Source: Vulcanimicrobiales bacterium (GTDB lineage: Bacteria > Vulcanimicrobiota > Vulcanimicrobiia > Vulcanimicrobiales > Vulcanimicrobiaceae). Taken from it: DNA of 64,000 nucleotides. The stretch spans positions 6,417 through 70,416 of the forward strand of contig JBBQQR010000006.1 of the NCBI GenBank assembly GCA_038215615.1, given 5' to 3'. Position numbers and translations under genes: made by a program. Of this stretch, positions 60,657-64,000 are shown piece after piece (the stretch's first letter is position 1; each line of letters opens with the position of its first letter). The notes under the pieces are model-generated. The model made no database searches. It saw only the letters and a list, made by a program, of their open reading frames with translations, and had not been told where the DNA came from.

Positions 60657-61124
60657 ATGCCCCATACTCGCACCATGGAGTACATGATCGGCGCGGGAGC
60701 TATCCTGGAGGCGGGCGAGGGCGCCAAGGTTACGGCGGCAATGCTGCATGCCCGCGTCGACCCCATTCTAGCTCGCTCGGTTAAAGCTGCGGCGGTAGAT
60801 TTCGACGGGAACTCGGCTGCCGCGCTGCGCCGGCTCCTGGTGTTGGTGCCCGGGTGGAACGCTGGGAGGTTCCGCTCGCGCGTGACCCATCCGCTCATCG
60901 AGCGCGGGACATGCTCGCTGGCCGACGTGCTCTCCATGCTCGCCGCTGCCGCTCGGGCGCCGGAAATTCACTTGTTCGCACATTGGTTTCCCGACGATGC
61001 GACGTGCGCTGCCCTAAAGCAGCGCGGGATCGGATTGGTGGTGCATCCTTTGGAAGCCATTGAATCGGCCGCGGTCGTCGCGGGCCAGCGGCATACCCGG
61101 TGGAAGACCCGCCGGGCAGCCTAG
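60657..61124 (+). CDS. Hypothetical protein
   Basis: The ORF-track start (60633) lies inside the terminator T-tract. ATG 60657, 60675 and 60684 are the plausible starts. High GC3; no family recognised. Confidence 0.5.
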   Translation: MPHTRTMEYMIGAGAILEAGEGAKVTAAMLHARVDPILARSVKAAAVDFDGNSAAALRRLLVLVPGWNAGRFRSRVTHPLIERGTCSLADVLSMLAAAARAPEIHLFAHWFPDDATCAALKQRGIGLVVHPLEAIESAAVVAGQRHTRWKTRRAA

Positions 61125-61165
61125 TTCAGCCCCCTCTAAGGGTGAGGGTCGACCATCAGTCATAC

Positions 61166-61849
61166 ATGCCCGATATGCAACCGACCCGCGTGGCGGTAGT
61201 CGACGATGACCGCTTCGTCCGCGAAATGCTCGAACTCGGCCTCTCCCGCGAGGGGTTCATCGTAAAAACCGCTGCCGACGGGGTCGCCGCGCTTCAGCTC
61301 GTGCGCGACTGGGCGCCGGAAGCGATCGTGCTCGACGTCATGATGCCGAAGATCGATGGGTTGGCCCTGCTGCCAAAATTGCGCGAGATCACGCAAGCTC
61401 CGATCCTGATGCTCACCGCCAAAGGTGAGACCGCCGACAAAGTCGCGACGCTGGGAGCAGGCGCCGACGATTATTTGGTCAAGCCGTTCATTTTCGAAGA
61501 ACTCATCGCGCGGCTGCAAGCGAAGCTCCGGCGTCCGCAACTGATTGAAGAGCAAGTCTTTCGTTGGCACGACGTTGCCATCAATCCCGATACGCGCGAA
61601 GCATGGCATGGCCGCGACGCCCTCGATCTCACACAGAGAGAATTCGATTTGCTCGCGGTCTTCATGCGCGAGCCGCGGCGAGTGTTTAGCAAAGACCACT
61701 TGCTCGAACTGGTCTGGGGTCACGACTTCGAAGGCGGCCCAAACATTGTAGAAACATACATTTCTTATTTGCGCGCGAAGATCGATCAGCCCGATCAAGG
61801 TTCATTTTTCCGTACGGTGCGCGGCGTCGGCTACGGCCTGGCACAGTAG
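61166..61849 (+). CDS. OmpR/PhoB-family response regulator
   Basis: Receiver VAVVDDDRFVREML...IVLDVMMPKIDGL...MLTAKG...GADDYLVKPF and wHTH LTQREFDLLAVFMREPRRVFSKDHLLELVWG...YISYLRAKI...TVRGVGYGL. The start is ATG 61166 or 61175. Confidence 0.93.
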   Translation: MPDMQPTRVAVVDDDRFVREMLELGLSREGFIVKTAADGVAALQLVRDWAPEAIVLDVMMPKIDGLALLPKLREITQAPILMLTAKGETADKVATLGAGADDYLVKPFIFEELIARLQAKLRRPQLIEEQVFRWHDVAINPDTREAWHGRDALDLTQREFDLLAVFMREPRRVFSKDHLLELVWGHDFEGGPNIVETYISYLRAKIDQPDQGSFFRTVRGVGYGLAQ

Positions 61850-61852
61850 GGG

Positions 61853-63343
61853 GTGGTGCGGAGTTCGCTGGCCTCCCGCTTGGCGGGTCTGTACACGTTG
61901 CTTCTGGGAATTACGGTATTTCTGGTTATCGTCGCATCTTCAATCGCCCTGATTTATGAACTGACCGGTTTTAGCCGCGACATCATCATCGCCAAGCACG
62001 ACGAAGCGCGTACCTTGGCCGAGCAATATCACATGCAAGGCGTGAGCCTCAGTAAAGCTGCGCCCGACATTGCGCGCGAACTGAGCGGCATCGGGCTTCA
62101 GGTCGCGGTCTTCGACGAAAAAGGAAAATATTTGGCGGGCGATCGGACGTTGCGGCCGCCGCTGCTCACGCGGGTCCTGAACGGGCGTATCGAAATCGCG
62201 CAGCCGCCGGGATCGCGGGTCGGCGTTTTCGGGCCTTTTCCGCACCCGTTTCCGGCGGGGCGGACAATGCTGACGATCCGCCGCGGAACCGACTTCAGCG
62301 TCCCGGCGCGCGGCCCGGACTTCCGGTACTTAATCGCGGTCGATGGCGGCTTTGTGGCGTTCATGCCGTCGCCCTGGATCATTTTTGCAAATCTTGGGCC
62401 GTATTGGCTGATTATCGTGTCCATCGGCATCGCTGCCATTTTACTCTCCTGGTTTATCGGCCGCGTCTTTTCGCGTCACGCCCTAGCCCCGCTGACCGAA
62501 GTCACCGGTTCGTTGCAGGCGCTGGCGCTTGGTGATTACACGCAGCGCCGGTTCATCGCGGCAGGCGGAGACGAGATCGCGCAGTTGACGCAAGCCTACA
62601 ACGACGCCGCTGCCAGCGTGGCCAGCGCGATGGACGAACGCAAAAATACCGAAGCGCGGATGCGCCAGTTTGTCGCCGACGCAGGTCACGAGCTGCGAAC
62701 GCCGCTGACCGTTATCGCGGGCTACATAGACGTTCTACGCCGCGGCGCGATTGAAGAACCGAAAGTCGCCAAGCAGATCTTGGCGACGATGGCGCTTGAA
62801 AAAGAGCACATGCGCGGTTTGATCGATCGTCTGATGCGGTTGGCGCGCATGGATGCGGAAGCGCCTCCGGCACCGATGCCAATCGACGTACGCGAATTTC
62901 TTAGCGATCAGTCCGATGCGGCGCGCAGGTTCGACGAACAGCGCCACATCGACTATAGCGTCGAAGGCGTCAAGGAGATTTTCGCGGACCGGGCCGAGTT
63001 GGGCGAAGCGTTTTGGAATATTTTAGAAAATGCGCTGAAGTATGCGCCGGGGGCGCCGGTGCACTTGCGCGCGGAAGCCGACGGTGAAGAAGTCGTCTTG
63101 ACCGTCAGCGACCAGGGACCCGGTATGACCGAGGGGGAACGGCTGCACGCCTTTGAGCGGTTCTATCGCGGCGACGCTCGCGGCGAGATGCCGGGCACCG
63201 GACTTGGCCTGGCGATTGCCAAACGGGCGGTCGACCGCGCCGGGGGCACGATTCGCTTAGATAGCGCGCCCGGGCACGGGACGACCGTGACCATCCGCCT
63301 TCCTCAGGTATTTCCCAAGGGTGAAGTGGTACAAGAATCTTGA
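61853..63343 (+). CDS. Sensor histidine kinase (two TM helices, HAMP, HisKA, HATPase_c)
   Basis: H-box FVADAGHELRTPLTVIAGY, N box NILENALKYAP, G boxes SDQGPGM and GTGLGLAIAKRAV. It sits directly downstream of the response regulator. Confidence 0.93.
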   Translation: MVRSSLASRLAGLYTLLLGITVFLVIVASSIALIYELTGFSRDIIIAKHDEARTLAEQYHMQGVSLSKAAPDIARELSGIGLQVAVFDEKGKYLAGDRTLRPPLLTRVLNGRIEIAQPPGSRVGVFGPFPHPFPAGRTMLTIRRGTDFSVPARGPDFRYLIAVDGGFVAFMPSPWIIFANLGPYWLIIVSIGIAAILLSWFIGRVFSRHALAPLTEVTGSLQALALGDYTQRRFIAAGGDEIAQLTQAYNDAAASVASAMDERKNTEARMRQFVADAGHELRTPLTVIAGYIDVLRRGAIEEPKVAKQILATMALEKEHMRGLIDRLMRLARMDAEAPPAPMPIDVREFLSDQSDAARRFDEQRHIDYSVEGVKEIFADRAELGEAFWNILENALKYAPGAPVHLRAEADGEEVVLTVSDQGPGMTEGERLHAFERFYRGDARGEMPGTGLGLAIAKRAVDRAGGTIRLDSAPGHGTTVTIRLPQVFPKGEVVQES

Positions 63344-64000
63344 TGCAACGTCTTATTGCCTTTTTGTTGACCTTGACGCTCATTGCGAGTCTGACGCCGG
63401 CTGCGCGCGCACAGTCCGACACGGGCGAAATATGGATCACCGTCCAGGACGCGGGGACCAAGGCTCCGGTCATTTTGGCGCGGGTCTTGCTCGACGGTCC
63501 GGTCGTGACCAGCGAGTACACCGGCAACGACGGGAAAGTTCACTTCATCGACGTGCCGGACGGCATCTACCGCGCGCGCGTTTTTGCGCGCGGTTTCCAG
63601 GCGGTTACGTCTTCGAACTTTGAGGTTACCAACGGCCGCTCGGTCACCGTCGCCGTGGAATTAGCGCAGTCGCAGGCTCCGCTGCGCACGATTGCATCGG
63701 TAGTTGCAAAATCGACAGCCACAGTGTCGACCACGGCTATTTCGAATACGAGCGCCCAGCGCAAGCTCTCCGATACGCTTGCCGACGCCCTTGGCAAGCT
63801 CTCCGGCGTGAACGTCACCACGTCGAGCAACGATAGCGACGCTACGCAAACCGTTTCGCTCGAGGGTCAGGACGCGAGCCAGACGGCGATGTCGGTCAAC
63901 GGCATTCCCCTCAACTCACCGGGCATGGCCGGCAACATGCGCGGAATCAATTCCGACCTTTTTACGGGCGCCAACGTTTCGTTCGGCCCGCAGGCCGGCG
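63343..64000 (+). CDS. 5' part of a second CarboxypepD_reg-like/plug outer-membrane receptor (runs off the window)
   Basis: Not in the ORF track because there is no stop in the window. ATG 63343 shares one base with the kinase TGA. Translation: MQRLIAFLLTLTLIASLTPAARA|QSDTGEIWITVQDAGTKAPVILARVLLDG...GNDGKVHFIDVPDGIYRARVFARGFQ...VSLEGQDASQTAMSVNGIPLNSPG. The architecture matches the gene at 28946-32362. Confidence 0.75.
   Translation, partial: MQRLIAFLLTLTLIASLTPAARAQSDTGEIWITVQDAGTKAPVILARVLLDGPVVTSEYTGNDGKVHFIDVPDGIYRARVFARGFQAVTSSNFEVTNGRSVTVAVELAQSQAPLRTIASVVAKSTATVSTTAISNTSAQRKLSDTLADALGKLSGVNVTTSSNDSDATQTVSLEGQDASQTAMSVNGIPLNSPGMAGNMRGINSDLFTGANVSFGPQAG

Overview
This is a 64-kb window of a high-GC (about 62-65 %) bacterial chromosome, probably from a diderm, since it encodes outer-membrane barrel proteins. 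I support about 52 CDS and one tRNA-Pro(GGG). I recognised no rRNA, CRISPR array, transposase, integrase or phage genes.

Gene content, in order:
- 1-9.6 kb, housekeeping genes: RumA-like methyltransferase 3' end, gatCAB, a VOC protein, mutS2, tyrS, hslO, aroQ and hup.
- 9.6-16.9 kb: tRNA-Pro, an RNase H-like gene, a polysaccharide deacetylase, DUF3465, GNAT, NUDIX, a GT4/GT4/GT2 glycosyltransferase cluster and a threonine aldolase.
- 16.9-24.5 kb: a PDZ-polytopic-GAF membrane protein, a DHA2 MFS exporter, a multicopper-oxidase::ZIP fusion and a Xi-class GST.
- 24.9-41.7 kb: rpoB, then about 9 kb of unrelated genes (outer-membrane receptor, lipoprotein, hydrolase, orphan pseudopilin, MFS, STAS), then rpoC.
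- 41.7-47.1 kb: an LRAT/NlpC-like protein, a 1160-aa RecB-like nuclease/SF1 helicase, an acyl-CoA desaturase and a LuxR solo.
- 47.2-64 kb, a regulator-rich stretch: three MalT-like STAND ATPases (one with a C-terminal SARP-type wHTH+BTAD, two with LuxR HTH), an amidase_3, a sortilin/BNR protein, an HD-GYP protein and an OmpR/HK pair coupled to a second outer-membrane receptor that runs off the window.

Most notable observations:
1. rpoB and rpoC are physically and apparently transcriptionally uncoupled. Each has a sigma70-type promoter followed at the same offset by the same 8-mer, CTGTGCCC.
2. A periplasmic two-domain multicopper oxidase is fused to a ZIP metal permease.
3. A SARP-style heptad direct-repeat promoter lies next to a STAND protein carrying a SARP DNA-binding module at the wrong (C-terminal) end.
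4. A low-GC island begins inside one of two tandem STAND-LuxR paralogues.
5. Two conserved genes (mutS2 and threonine aldolase) have N-termini that can only be encoded from an ATT start.

All product calls come from motif recognition by eye; no database search was run.
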